Assembly (NCBI GenBank): GCA_002633005.1
Contig: NMRA01000997.1
Span: 11,260 to 75,259, forward strand
DNA from: Phoronis australis
Taxonomy: Eukaryota; Animalia; Phoronida
Length of the DNA: 64,000 nt
Direction of reading: 5' to 3'
Below, piece after piece: positions 35,361-47,330 of this stretch. A program made the position numbers and the translations under genes. Position 1 is the first letter of the stretch; each line of letters starts with the position of its first letter. The notes below the pieces were generated by a model. That model was not told the origin of the DNA. It made no database searches and was given only the letters and a program-made list of their open reading frames with translations.

Positions 35361-36900
35361 GAGAGGGTAGTTGACATGTAAAAAGGTATTTTTGAGTTAC
35401 ATGGGATAGCACTGTAGTCCACTATGACTTAATGAACATTAAAATGTCATTTAGAATGCGTCATTGTCTTCTGCTTAATCCCTGGCACCACATACACACC
35501 CAGCTGCCGGACTCCATGCCACCAGCTGGACCAAATCCACACGTGTTTCAATACTAGCGACCAACAAAAAGTATTGGAATGACTTTGATCAGTGTCAGAG
35601 AGAAGAATTTGTGCCACAACTTAGAAATGTCTGTTAAAAATTTCTCTTTTTCTTTTAGGGGGCATAGATTCAGTTTTCATGGCGTTTTGCCTAGCAGAAC
35701 ACATCAATCTTTTTCTTCACTCTGTCAAAAACCGTAGGCAAAGAATGATAAGTTAAGTCATTTCACATCAGGAACCCTGCAAATGAGCGCAGAAACTTTA
35801 TTTTGTCTTGTATTTTCGGCCCTCTTTCACTCCTACTGAAAAGCAAGGTGAGCTAAGAAAAAAGGCAAAACACAATAAAAAATCACAACTTCTAAATTTT
35901 GTTCAGAATAGTTCCTCTTCATCTGCTCACTTATTTTGTGAAGTAAAACATGCAGGTGCGACATGAAGCTTAAAATTTTATAAACTTGAAACTCAGTTTT
36001 TAGTGAAGATTCGCCCACTAAAGTGCAGCGTACTCTCACATGTTGCTCACAGTGACGTGACTGACTACTGTGTTCAGTTGAAATATTTGTGATTCATTCT
36101 GTTCCAGCTCCATCATGAGTGAAGACTCTACGTTCACATTCACTCTACCCCAGAGCATCGTCAACACTGCAGCCAGGCTTGCTTCCCGCCAACATCGCAA
36201 TTTAACCGTCGACGTAAACGACGGNAAAATGTCATTTGGAATGCGTCATTGTCTTCTGCTTAATCCCTGGCACCACATACACACCCAGCTGCCGGACTCC
36301 ATGCCACCAGCTGGACCAAATCCACACGTGTTTCATTACTAGCGACCAACAAAAAGTATTGGAATGACTTTGTTCAGTGTCAGAGAGAAGAATTTGTGCC
36401 ACAACTTAGAAATGTCTGTTAAAAATTTCTCTTTTTCTTTTAGGGGGCATAGATTCAGTTTTCATGGAGTTTTGCCTAGCAGAACACATCAATCTTTTTC
36501 TTCACTCTGTCGAAAACCGTAGGCAAAGAATGATAAGTTAAGAGTCATTTCACATCAGGAGCCCTGCAAATGAGTACAGAAACTTTATTTTGTCTTGTAT
36601 TTTCGGCCCTTTCACTCCTACTGAAAAGCAAGGTAAGCTAAGAAAAAAGGGCAAAACACAATAAAAAATCACAATTTCTAAATTTTGTCCAGAATAGTTC
36701 CTCTTCATCTGCTCACTTATTTTGTGACGTAAAACATGCAGGAGCCACACGAAGCTTAAAATTTCATAAACTTGAAATTCAGTTTTTAGTGAAGATTCGC
36801 CCACTAAAGTGCAGCGTACTCTCACATGTTGCTCACAGTGTCGTGACTGACTACTGTGTTCAGTTGAAGTATTTGTAATTCATTCTGTTCCAGCTCCATC

Positions 36901-37396
36901 ATGAGTGAAGACTCTACGTTCACATTCACTCTACCCCAGAGCATCGTCAACACTGCAGCCAGGCTTGCTTCCCGCCAACATCGCAATTTAACCGTCGACG
37001 TAAACGACGGCAACGTGAAGCTGAATATCACAAAGCCCAACTCCAAGTTTGTAACATTCCGCAAGCCTGCCCAGTGTGTTGTGCAGAGTAGTCAGGGTCT
37101 GTCGTGTTATATTCATAATGTTGAAGTGGTAAAGAAGGCAAAAACTGTTGAGGTTAAAGTTGAAAAAGTGGGACAGGAAGTGAATGGGGTGCGGGATGAA
37201 AAAGATGGAAGAGTTGAGGAGGTGGTGTCTTCAGGGGCGGCGACAGAACCTGTGGGTGTGGCAGGCCATGAGGAGAAGGGTGAGGCATCTGGTGAGGGTG
37301 CACCTGAGGAAGATACTAGGACTGAAGGGGACATGGTGCCTGCAAGAAGGTACAGTACACGGCCACACAAAAAAAGAGTGGTCCAGCTTCTCAGGG
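36901..37396 (+). CDS. Hypothetical protein (orphan ORF beside the KolobokP-type element)
   Basis: Open frame from ATG 36901 (MSEDSTFTFTLPQSIV...) with coding-like composition and an acidic/Gly-rich region. Possible donor GG|GTAAG near 37396; the frame continues to 37587. Confidence 0.4.
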
Positions 37397-37899
37397 TAAG
37401 GATGAATGTTTTAAGATCAATGGCTTTAAATTCCTACACAGTCATGAACATGCAAATCATATTTTTGAATTACTTTATAATAGACGATTTTTACCAAACT
37501 ATGCAAAACAAGGATGAGTTTAAATGTGCTGCAATACTGTTTGTCAGTTTGAAAAAAGTTCTCATTATTTTGAAGGAAGTCCATTGATATGTTAAAAGCC
37601 ATTTCCTGAAATTAAGGCGATAAGACAACAAACTGTTGGACTGCGGCAGTGCAGCGGTCCATGAGCAGAGGCTCGCAAATTTTGTTGAGTTGAAAATGTC
37701 AGTGTTGTTTTTTTAACCATCAGCATGCAATCAGGTCCCAACCATAACATCTGGTACTAAACTGTTAATTATATAACACTTCTGTATTAGTTTTATTTTC
37801 CAAATATCGTCAACATGAACCCAGTCGCCAATTCCTTGGTAGCTACAATGTTAAATTTCGTTGTTATATAATTATTTTCAGAGAATGTTACAAGTTTAA

Positions 37900-39006
37900 A
37901 GGCGAAGGCAACCCTTTTCCATGTCATTTTGAGCTAAAATAAGGTTGGTTGGTCATCCTAGACATATTTTCCACTTAATTACAGCTTTTCGTAACTTTAT
38001 TAATTACTCGGCCGCTACTCCGGAAGTGACGTTTTAGGAGGCAAGCATTTCGCGCCAATTTCTTTTCATATAGTCTGACTGTGAGAGCTGCTGAGTCAGT
38101 CATTGTTCTACCTCGGTTGTGTTAAATTCCGTCGTCGTTTGCTTTCATTTACTAGTCAATCAACATGCCACACTGTTGCTGCGTACCAGGATGTACTAAT
38201 TATCGGCACACGCGCGCTTTGGGAGTACCTTTGCATCGCTTTCCGATGGATGACACACTTCCCCGTTCTTGGCTCGTTCGTGTGAAGAACGCAGCGTTAC
38301 CCGTCCACGCAACGTATAAAGCAGTGGAGAATTACCGATTATCGTGGGTGTGTCAAGCACTTTCTGCCGTCCGATTACGAAAGGGATTTGTACGCTGAAC
38401 TGATGAAGGTCCCTGCGAAACAACGTCTGAAGAAGGATGCCATTCCGACTATGTTGATTCCCGCCAGTGCCCCGTCGCCACCCCCGAGAAGTGCGTTTTT
38501 GAAGCGAGAAGCCTCGCGAGCTGTGGCCAGTACAGTGACTGTAGCCAGTGGAGGCACTTCATCTACTGTCACCCGTGCCTCCGAACGTACACCAGAGCGT
38601 GTAATTCCTGGAACCAGTAGTGATTCGCCCTGTGCTGTTTTCTCCAGCTCAGAGCCTCTAAGCAGCCCTGCAGCGATATTGAGTAGTGGGAGTGATTACA
38701 GGCTCAGTTCGACACCCAGTGAAGAGGACAGTTCGTCATCCAGTGAACAGATCGGTGAGCCAAACTTTGATAAGTTTATTGTGGACTTGTCTAACGTGTT
38801 GGAGCTATTTAGAAGGTGCCAGGTGTGTGGCGAGGNNNNNNNNNNNNNNNNNNNNNNNNGCTTGCCTCCTAAAACGTCACTTCCGGAGTAGCGGACGAGT
38901 AATTTATAAAATTACGAAAAGCTGTAATTAAGTGGAAAATATGTCTAGGATAACCAACCAACCTTATTTTAGCTCAAAATGACATGGAAAAAGATTGCCT
39001 TCGCCT
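37900..39006 (+). mobile_element. Kolobok element with long TIRs: THAP plus transposase N-terminus, rest lost in a gap
   Basis: TTAA|AGGCGAAGGCAA ... TTGCCTTCGCCT|TTAA with ~145-bp TIRs. MPHCCCVPGCTN..LHRFP..W (38165), frameshift, LKKDAIPT, then DKFIVDLSNVLELFRRCQVCG typical of Kolobok transposases. Confidence 0.85.
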
Positions 39007-39334
39007 TTAATACACAATTACTGTTGTTTCCATCTTTGTTGTTTCCTTTAAAGTGGTAAATCGTTACATTTAAAACTATTTCTTTTATTAGAGAAAATTT
39101 GTAACATAACGCTTACGTACATACATATAGGGTTTGATCCGCCACGTGAACAGTCAGCATGAAGTATCTAAAAATCGAAAATATGAAAAAGTTTAAGAAT
39201 TTGAAGCGTATGGGATAAATACAAAAAGAACCTCGATTGGCATAAACGAAGTAGTATTGCTCTCGACATTATTCCGTGTATTCAACGAAACCGAAGGTTA
39301 AGGTCGATACGCGGAATTATGTCTCGAGAGATAT

Positions 39335-40197
39335 ATATAGATTATTAAATGGCGAAGTCGTTATCCTCCGTTATCTAGAGCCCGAGTGGATTTTGGAGAA
39401 TTATCGCCCGAGGGGCGTTAGCCCCGAGGGTGATAATTCTGCAAAATCCACGAGAGCTCTAGATAACGGGGGATAACGACTGAGAACATGTAATAAAATA
39501 TTTATACCACATACTGAACGAGAAACATTGCACTGAATCGATCTACCTTTCTCGACTCGCCTCGGCTTTGTAACTACTTTCTATGTCAGAGACCCGGGGT
39601 TGGAGGTCGTGACCTTTTAAGAAAAGCCGAGATATTTTAGTAAAATAATGCTTTTACTCAAAACCAATTGAAAAATAAAACAAAATAGAAATAAAATGAA
39701 TCTACAAATTAAGGTTTAGCAACTGTTATAGCTTACTACACATTTTATCACTCTAAATTTCGACCGGGAATATATCGTCTGCTAAAGTAGGTTACCACTA
39801 GTAACTGACTATAATGCTCAAGTCAAAGGATCCCGACCACACGACACCTGCATTCAAATTGGAGATCGGTGAGGGAACACGAGAGAAAATTTTTACTGAA
39901 TTAGAATATTTGTTTCTATGGAAATTATGCTTCTTATTTTTCATAGCGTATAATTGTCGGTGCAATGCCCTTTGCTGAACATGCGATTGTTGCGCGTGCT
40001 CGTTTAAATATTCTATTTTCACGTTCGATGACGTTAGCCGCTTAGTGGTGTAGTGGTAAAGTCGGCGACTCGCAACTGTTGACGCCCGGGTTCGAATCAG
40101 GCCTCGGTTTGCCGCCAAAATGTTATCTCACTAGTGAGATAACTTTATGGGTTATTACACGGTTGTATCTGCCATTCGAGGCTAATATTGTGGTATA
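39335..40197 (+). mobile_element. Non-autonomous element with a 124-bp 5' hairpin, an internal tRNA-like module and a 3' palindrome (possibly Crypton-like)
   Basis: Hairpin 39357-39480, tRNA-like 40037-40116 (A box tggtgtagtggt, B box ggttcgaatc), 22-bp palindrome 40122-40143. Three other partial copies in the window. Confidence 0.65.
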
Positions 40198-40449
40198 ATA
40201 CTTCATCTACGCCACTCTCTGTACGTTTTGTGTATGTATACAGCATCTACAGTTGTATACGGATTGGGTCGTATTTCACAGTAAATAGTGTGACGTAATA
40301 ATATCCGTATTTTCATATAAACCCCTCGAAAAAATGTCCTCTTCAGAAAATTTGTATTTTCTTCAAATTACCATCAATACGCATAAATTATACATCATTT
40401 CTGCACTGAATGTTGGGAAATGTTTTATTGTTCGTGAACATAGACAGCA

Positions 40450-41303
40450 TTGTACAGCTCGAAAGAAAATATTCAAAAACTTCAACTACGTTTTGTTTAC
40501 AACGACGACGTTAGCACGCACGAACAACTACTCTCGCTAGCTAACAAACCATCCCTTCATCTACATAGGCTTCGACTTATTGCAATAGAAATATTTAAAA
40601 TCCTTTATGGCGAATCACACAAGACACTTTTTTCATTTTTAAAGAAGCGAGAAAACAATTACTCCTTTCGCCACAGCAACCTTCTATATATTCCTCAAGT
40701 TAAATCTGTCAAATATGGTAAAAAACCTTTTCGCTTCGAGGCTGCTCGGGTCTGGAACAGTCTACCGAATATGTTGTGCACAACAGAGTCTTTAACTATT
40801 TTCCGTGGACTGCTTCGGACTTGGACTGGCCCTGAATGCTGCTGTTCTCTTTGTAAACACTCCAGCTTGTGCTGTAATTAGTGTATACCATCGTGTATAC
40901 CACAATATTAGCGTCAAATGGCAGATACAACCGTGGCTTTTGGAGAATTATCACCCTCGGGGCTAACGCTTCTCGGGCGATAATTCTCCAAACTCCACTC
41001 GGGCTCAAGATAACGGGGGATAACGACTTCGCCATGTTATAATCTATATTTCTTTTATGATTTATCTATATTATAGCATTTGCACGTGTACCTATTATCT
41101 TTTATGCTTATTAGACCCTAGTCTATAATTTAGCGATTACGACAATTTAACTTTTATTTACAATTATATTTCTATGTTATTCTCCACCTTTAGGTTAAGT
41201 TCCATTTTCTTCATGTTTCTGTTAATTTAATGTCGTAGAAATAGCCCAACTAGCTAATGTTAATCTGTTCTCCGAACGACGTTAAATAAAGATTCTTGAG
41301 TCT
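40450..41303 (+). mobile_element. 3' end of an L2/CR1-group LINE (RT C-terminus plus 3'UTR)
   Basis: RFVYND..LL...PSL...RLR.IAIEIFKIL...YSFR...L.IP.V....YGKK.FRF.AARVWNSLP...W.GP.C.CSLC. Tail aataaagattcttgagtcttg. Confidence 0.8.
40896..41048 (-). mobile_element. Internally deleted ~150-bp copy of the hairpin element inserted in the LINE 3'UTR
   Basis: Reverse complement joins the 5' end (tatagattat..ggcgaagtcgttatc) directly to the 3' end (gtatctgccatt..gctaatattgtggtata). Confidence 0.75.
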
Positions 41304-41479
41304 TGGGCGCATGAGTCAATTTCAAAAATCACAAATGGTACACTGTGCAGTAAACACTCGTAGAGTTGAGTATGACAGTAAGACTTGTTCACACTGAGCG
41401 ATTTCTTTGCGAGTGCAAAACTTTGACAAGAGAGAATTAATAAGACCTTTATTTGCAACAGATCTGATCACAGGCTGAG

Positions 41480-42502
41480 TGCTTTAGTGCCCTGTATATC
41501 CACCCAGTTGTGCATTGATACATGCGATATATCAATTACGCATAGATGAATCAGACGATCCATGTTGTTCTGACCAGTGGCATTCCATTCCCGAATTAGG
41601 ATGTGTCTCAACTCTGCCAGAGTGGCGTTGTCCTGGATCTGTTACCGGTCATCCCGCGCTTTCAGGTCCCACAACAACTCATTGGGATTAAGGTCCGGTG
41701 AGAAGGAAGACCATTCTCTGCGCTTGATGGCATTTTGTTGCAAAACACAACCACAATTCGGGCTCTGTGAGGGTGGGCATTGTCATCTGGGAGCAGGAAA
41801 CCATTGCCTACTTGCAGGGCAGAGGTAAAACGTGCGGCTGCAGTAACTCCGCGACGTACCAAGGACTGTTGAGGGTCCTAGCTATAGGGGCAATCTGAGT
41901 CCGTCCAGTTAAACGTATGCCACCCCTCACTTCCACCTCTAAACGGTCTGACTGGCTGGACGCAGTTGTCGGCAAATCGCCCACCTCTCTTTCTCCATAC
42001 CCTCAAACTACCACAATCAACACTTCCGCTCAAACATAATCTCGACTCATCTGTAAAGAACACATTTCTCCACTGTTGACGTGCCCAATTCCTGTGTTAC
42101 CTGACACATTGCAACCTGGCTGCTCTGTGTGATGCTGTCCGGACGTCCAGCAGGGCGTCAGGCTCTGAAATCTGCCTGATGGAGTCAATTCCGTCTTTTC
42201 TCTGGTCCGGCAGCCCTTTCGATATCAAGTTGCATTCTACGTACAGTAAAGAGACTCCTCTTTGCAGCAACAGTTTCGATGTATTAATTCTGACGACAAG
42301 TTGAGATACGCGGTCGACCACTTTGGTTTCTGTCGTCGAAATCTCCCGTCTGTCGATATCTGGCTACCATCCTGGACACTGACTTTCCGTGTACACGAAA
42401 ATGTTTGGCAACAGCAGCTTGGTTCCACACTGATTCCATCAAACCAATGCCACGTGCTCTTTCCAAGATTGTCGGCTTTGCCACTACAGAGCTGTCAAGC
42501 AA
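41480..42502 (-). pseudogene. Tc1-family transposase, decayed
   Basis: ERARGIGLME...VAKHF....VSR...RYRQTG..DD..SGRPRIST (HTH), FTDESR, DDNAHPHRARIV and SPDLNP.E..WD (DD34E-type triad motifs). Frameshifted. Confidence 0.85.
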
Positions 42503-42624
42503 TTAGAGACCTGAGGCAAAAGAACACCTAAGGCTGAAACAACAGTGTACTCAGCCAATAGTGTTCAGTTCCCAACAGCATGACAGCAAAGAATAGTCCC
42601 CTCATTGATCAAGACGAGAATTAA

Positions 42625-43324
42625 GGTTATTTCAAACCTTATTTAGTGGCCTCCATTCTAACTCGTATATCAAAAAAACTAAGCTTTGTCAACTAGTAAA
42701 AGTATATATTTTCTGAAAGAACAAAGACCAGGAAATATAAACATACTTTTTGTATTTATTTGTCATCATTATTTTTACGTAAAAACCTTTTTAAGTAAAA
42801 ATTTCATTTTTAAGAAAGGTACATTCACAGCAAAATAACCCCTGGGTCGATTTTAACGAAACCTTTTTTAAATGAAAACTTCATCAATTACCTCAAAAAC
42901 GCTGTTAGGAATTTTCGACTAGTTTGTTCGTTTGGTTTCTATGACAAATAAACTCGCAAAACGTAAGGTATTTTTGTAAAAAATGAAATCGTGTTCGTCT
43001 TTGTCACACTACACAAAAACTAAGATTTTATATCAAAAATTCTAATAACGTTTTTGAGATTGGTGACTAAATACTAAATTTGGAAAGTTTCAGCGAAATC
43101 CATCGAGCCATTTTCGAGAACTCGTGTTCCTAAGTTCAAATAAAGTCGATTTGCCGAAGCCGAGAAAAAGCCGATTTAACTGGGACACGTGAAAATCTCT
43201 AAGTCTTTGGTTAATTATTCTGTGAAAACTTGTTTTTGGTATACATAACCTATAGAATCCTTAACTATGTCACCTATTTCAATGTTTCTTGCAATGTCAA
43301 CTAATTTTGCAGTGCGTAACTAAC
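42625..43324. mobile_element. TTAA-flanked MITE (Kolobok-type); related fragment at ~31540-31795
   Basis: ttaa|ggttatt ... taactaac|ttaa. 43075-43300 aligns with 31540-31780 (gatttgccgaagc, gaaaacttg..tttggt). Confidence 0.5.
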
Positions 43325-45594
43325 TTAAATATCATTAAAACCTCAAATAGACCTATCTTTCGCAGCCAACTTCTGCCGTTTTGTACGACCTACTTAGAAA
43401 AGTAGGTCACAGTTCATAGCCTGTACACGTCACGTGCTGGGAGACTGATACCAAACCAAGTAAGAAATGGATAACAAAAATTGAATTGGTGGTTCAAGTA
43501 AGTCGTTAACATGAAATCGAAACATCGAAATGTTAACTTAATAATTGAATTAAGGAATAAGGGGGAGGATTTATCTCTTTTCACAACTTTCTGTGTTCAT
43601 GACCAGACTGAAGCCTGAGGCAACTCGTAGCATTCGTTTTCAACGTCAACGGTCGTATGCATGTAGACGCACAACTCCCTTATAGCTGTTAGGATCAAAA
43701 CTACGTTTTGTCTTCGTTTTCCCCGGCACCATTCTGTCATAACCACACCTCGTTGGTTCAATGTTATGGCGAATTTGTGAATGAAAGGATTGAGGGTATA
43801 CCGAAGCTGCTCTGTACCTGGCGGGAGACTCGTTTTACTTGAAAGCCCTTTTACCTTTGACCTTGGATAAGTGGTAAACAAATATCCACGCGGTTGTGCG
43901 GTTCCAAGGTGGTTCTGCTAATTTTTTTTCTCGCTGCGCAGTATATATTTCGTATTTGAAGTTCCCCGAGAATGAAGCTAAGGTATTTTGCTAGACACAA
44001 GTGAAACATTGTAAAAATGGCCAATTTTTGTGAATAAGGTTGGAAATATCCTTAAGACACCAGCCAGTACGAGCTTAGGAAAAGAGTGAGTGCAATTTTG
44101 TGACTTTTGAAATTGACCTCTGTACCGTTTCTGGACACCCTGTACAACGCAGTGTGCATGAACGATAAAATATTTCCCAGTATTCGTTGTAGAAATAGAT
44201 AAGCTTTCAAATGAGTATAATTTATCCGCATTGATGGTAATTTTAAGAAAATACCACACATTTTTGAAGGGGACAGGACTTTTTGAGGGGTTTATATATG
44301 GCTAATAAAACAATACTAATATCTTACTCAAATTGCCCAAGAGCATGCGCACAGGTTTGTTCACGTTGGTCGCACAAGCACTGACAAAGAATACACCATG
44401 GAAATCGACGATATTTCATGAGTTGGGTTAACAAATAATTTCGCATAGCACGTTTCAAATCGAGATTGAAAGCTTTTCAAAATTTAGGCAGGAAATAAGT
44501 TGTGAACATTCATCAACAGGGGTCTCTGTTTCTGAAAATGACAACAATTTGGTCTTACTCTTTCACTTCACCATTGCAGAAAAACGATTAGTCAGGTAAT
44601 TATGACTGTACGACAGTATAATAATTCATAAAGATTATCCAAGTAAATAGTAGTTATATGCATATATTCTCAGAGACTTTGCTCGTTTTGTTCAACTGAA
44701 ATTTATCGTAATCTATTTTGCCCGGGGTATGCCACGAGCAATGTTAAAAAGTATAACAAGAGAAGAGTTGTCACATTATGACATACATAAGTAAAATATA
44801 AGACCCTGAAAGATGGGCGCGGAAAAAGCACCACCGGCGTGTACATAAAAGTGTTCTTACATAGGAATAGAAAAGCTAAAGAAATTAAGAAAAGCTTGAA
44901 GATCCCAACAGAAAATGTATAATAACAAAAAAGAAACTCGCCCTTGGGATGTAAGGTGGGAAAATTACTGAGAAAAGGCCTACCAAGTTTGCTTAGATGA
45001 TATTTATTTTCAGGAATACTGGAACGGAAGGCCAAATTGTGGACTTGGGACTTTTAAAAATGTCACTTTTCATGAAACAGGCTCTGGTGTTGTGAAACCG
45101 TTTCTAAGGTGATTAAGTGTTTTATACAAGGACTATCCTGCCTGAGACAAAAGAGTGGTGTCTACTTAAGATGTTTATTACTATTAGCAAACAATGTTGT
45201 ATAACATGGCTCAATTCATAAGAACTAATAAAGAAATGCCATCGACTTATGAGCAACACGAGTGTGGAATGTCAATGTGGAACATGCGATTCAGTCGGGA
45301 GAAACATTTTGTTCAACATAATTCAAGAAATCGTGTTTCGACCAAATACAAAAGCAGCGTTACGATGAAGAACTCGCCACCTTGTAAGTGTATTTGCAAA
45401 TTTAAAAAGTTAAGAACAAACTGCGTTCACTTTAGGGCGAGTGTTGCCACTCCCTCGACCCCGGACCTGATCGAGTGCTAGGATGTGTAAACTAGGCTTA
45501 TATGTTGTGTTTAGAGCGTGCTCATTCCATCATGGCAATATAGTGAATACGAGTGGCCCAGGTTTACTGTGGCGTACATGCATGCCAGTGATTA

Positions 45595-46051
45595 TTAAGT
45601 GTCTATTTTCTGCAGCCCTTGGTTCAGTTGATTGTGGCTCACATATGTCTGTACTAGCATATCTCGTGCAAGTGGGCTCAATTCATACCGCCTCAAAGAC
45701 GCAAATTTCGCTAAATGGGAAATCGAATTCATTGTCTGATTCTTCATGTACTTGAGTGTGATGCCCGTATCCACTCTGCTCTCTGTCTGCATAATAATTG
45801 TTCAATCCTCGCTCAAAGTCGTCCTCTTCTTCTGATCTGCTGTGTTTCATCATTGTTTGTCAAATGACCAAACGTCTTCCACCCCATTACATCATTTGGC
45901 GGGAAACTTGGAAATAACTAATTTTTCTTCAAAATTAAAAAATCACGACTATATGGCATAAAAAGTGCTTATTTAGTTAGATTCTATTGTATTGATTTCA
46001 TGTTAACTAACTGAATCCTCAAAAGCTTAGAAAATTCATGGTGGAAACTCT
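45595..46051 (-). mobile_element. Kolobok end with KolX-like acidic N-terminus
   Basis: MMKHSRSEEEDDFERGLNNYY...HEESDNEF (from 45853) resembles MAESREFDSDDDYEKDLNEY...HESENKF at 27505. Terminus aaaattcatggtggaaactct|TTAA resembles 27690-27712. Confidence 0.55.
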
Positions 46052-46229
46052 TTAAGAGCGGTATCGAATTTTCTTTCACCAATGATAGCTAATGTTGCCA
46101 CAATGACACTTAAGTAACCATTATCATTATGCAGGATGCATGATATAACGTATTCAGTGAGCAATTAAGATATACTAATTTAACACTGTTTCTTCCTTTT
46201 CCGTTTGTATAACCAATCTCGGATATTAT

Positions 46230-47330
46230 CTGTGTCATGTGTCTGTATTAAGAGATAGGCAAAAAAAGTTTAGCGATGACAAAACATTAGAAAAATACAG
46301 CAATGCTTAGTTGATATTATGCTTAATAGACGACAACTGACAAAACGGACAGCAGCGGCGCACAACGACATCCCTTTATTAATCTCGACCGAACGTTCAC
46401 AAGCCTACGCGAACAAAACGTCCGGCGTAATGTCTGTTCTATGCTCCAGCCAGTGCTGCGAAGCCTCGGCTTGTGATGAACTTCTGAGACACGTTCGGCA
46501 ACTCAACTGTAATTCTCTCAACTGGTTTACTGCTTTTCTTCTGATTAACTTCTGGTTAACTAACCAATACAAACCCGTGTCTGGGTATTTATAGACTAAT
46601 GTATTGTTCTAGAACTTTTCACCAGTTCAAACACGTTCTAGAACCTTCCGGAATCTACTAGTACCCAATCATATTCAACAATCATGTACTAGTCTCTAGA
46701 ATATTCCAGACTGCATTAATCACTGTCATGCTAGAGTCTTATAGAAAGTTCCACACTATACTGTAGTAAACAAATTACATCATCACTACTGAACTCAGTC
46801 TACTAGAAAGTTCCATACTATTCTGTAGTAGACAAATTACATCATCACTGTACTTAACTCAGGGGTCATGTCAATCAAACAGAACAACAAAACAAAACAA
46901 AACAAAACAATACAACTAACATTTGTCAGTCTATATTCTGACTGCATGGGAGAAGCGCAAAACAGTTAAAAACCAAGGGGTGTGCCACATGGGTGTTGAG
47001 CCCTCCCATCGTCACACGTAGATTTTGGTTGTTGGATCCTCGTGACGTTGACATTATTACCTGCTTAGGTGGTGATAAGTTTTGGCCCTCGTTTTGGGCA
47101 TGCAATCCCAAGGACACGTTGTAATGACCGGTGTCCATGCCCCGGTGGTTATGTCAGTACCATCCTGGCTACTTTCCAACTTTTCCTTACATGTTGCTTC
47201 CAGCTCACTGCTGGTTTCATCTACACCCAACAATGTCGCATGTGTTCCCTATTCAATGCATCACGCTACTGGCAATTCAGACAATTGTTTTGTGCAGTAG
47301 ATGTTACATAAATGAGAGCAAGGCAATCCA
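46230..47330 (-). mobile_element. Possible LTR-retrotransposon remnant (LTR plus integrase C-terminal trace)
   Basis: Minus-strand TATA (ctataaata) and AATAAA in LTR order, repeated tagaa..ttc motifs, and adjacent DITTGAWTPV reminiscent of Gypsy integrase tails. Boundaries uncertain. Confidence 0.3.

Noticed and set aside
35441-37010. ~785-bp tandem duplication (35441-36224 vs 36226-37010)
   Set aside because: The junction is exactly a single N, so it is most likely overlapping contig ends from two haplotypes rather than real tandem DNA.
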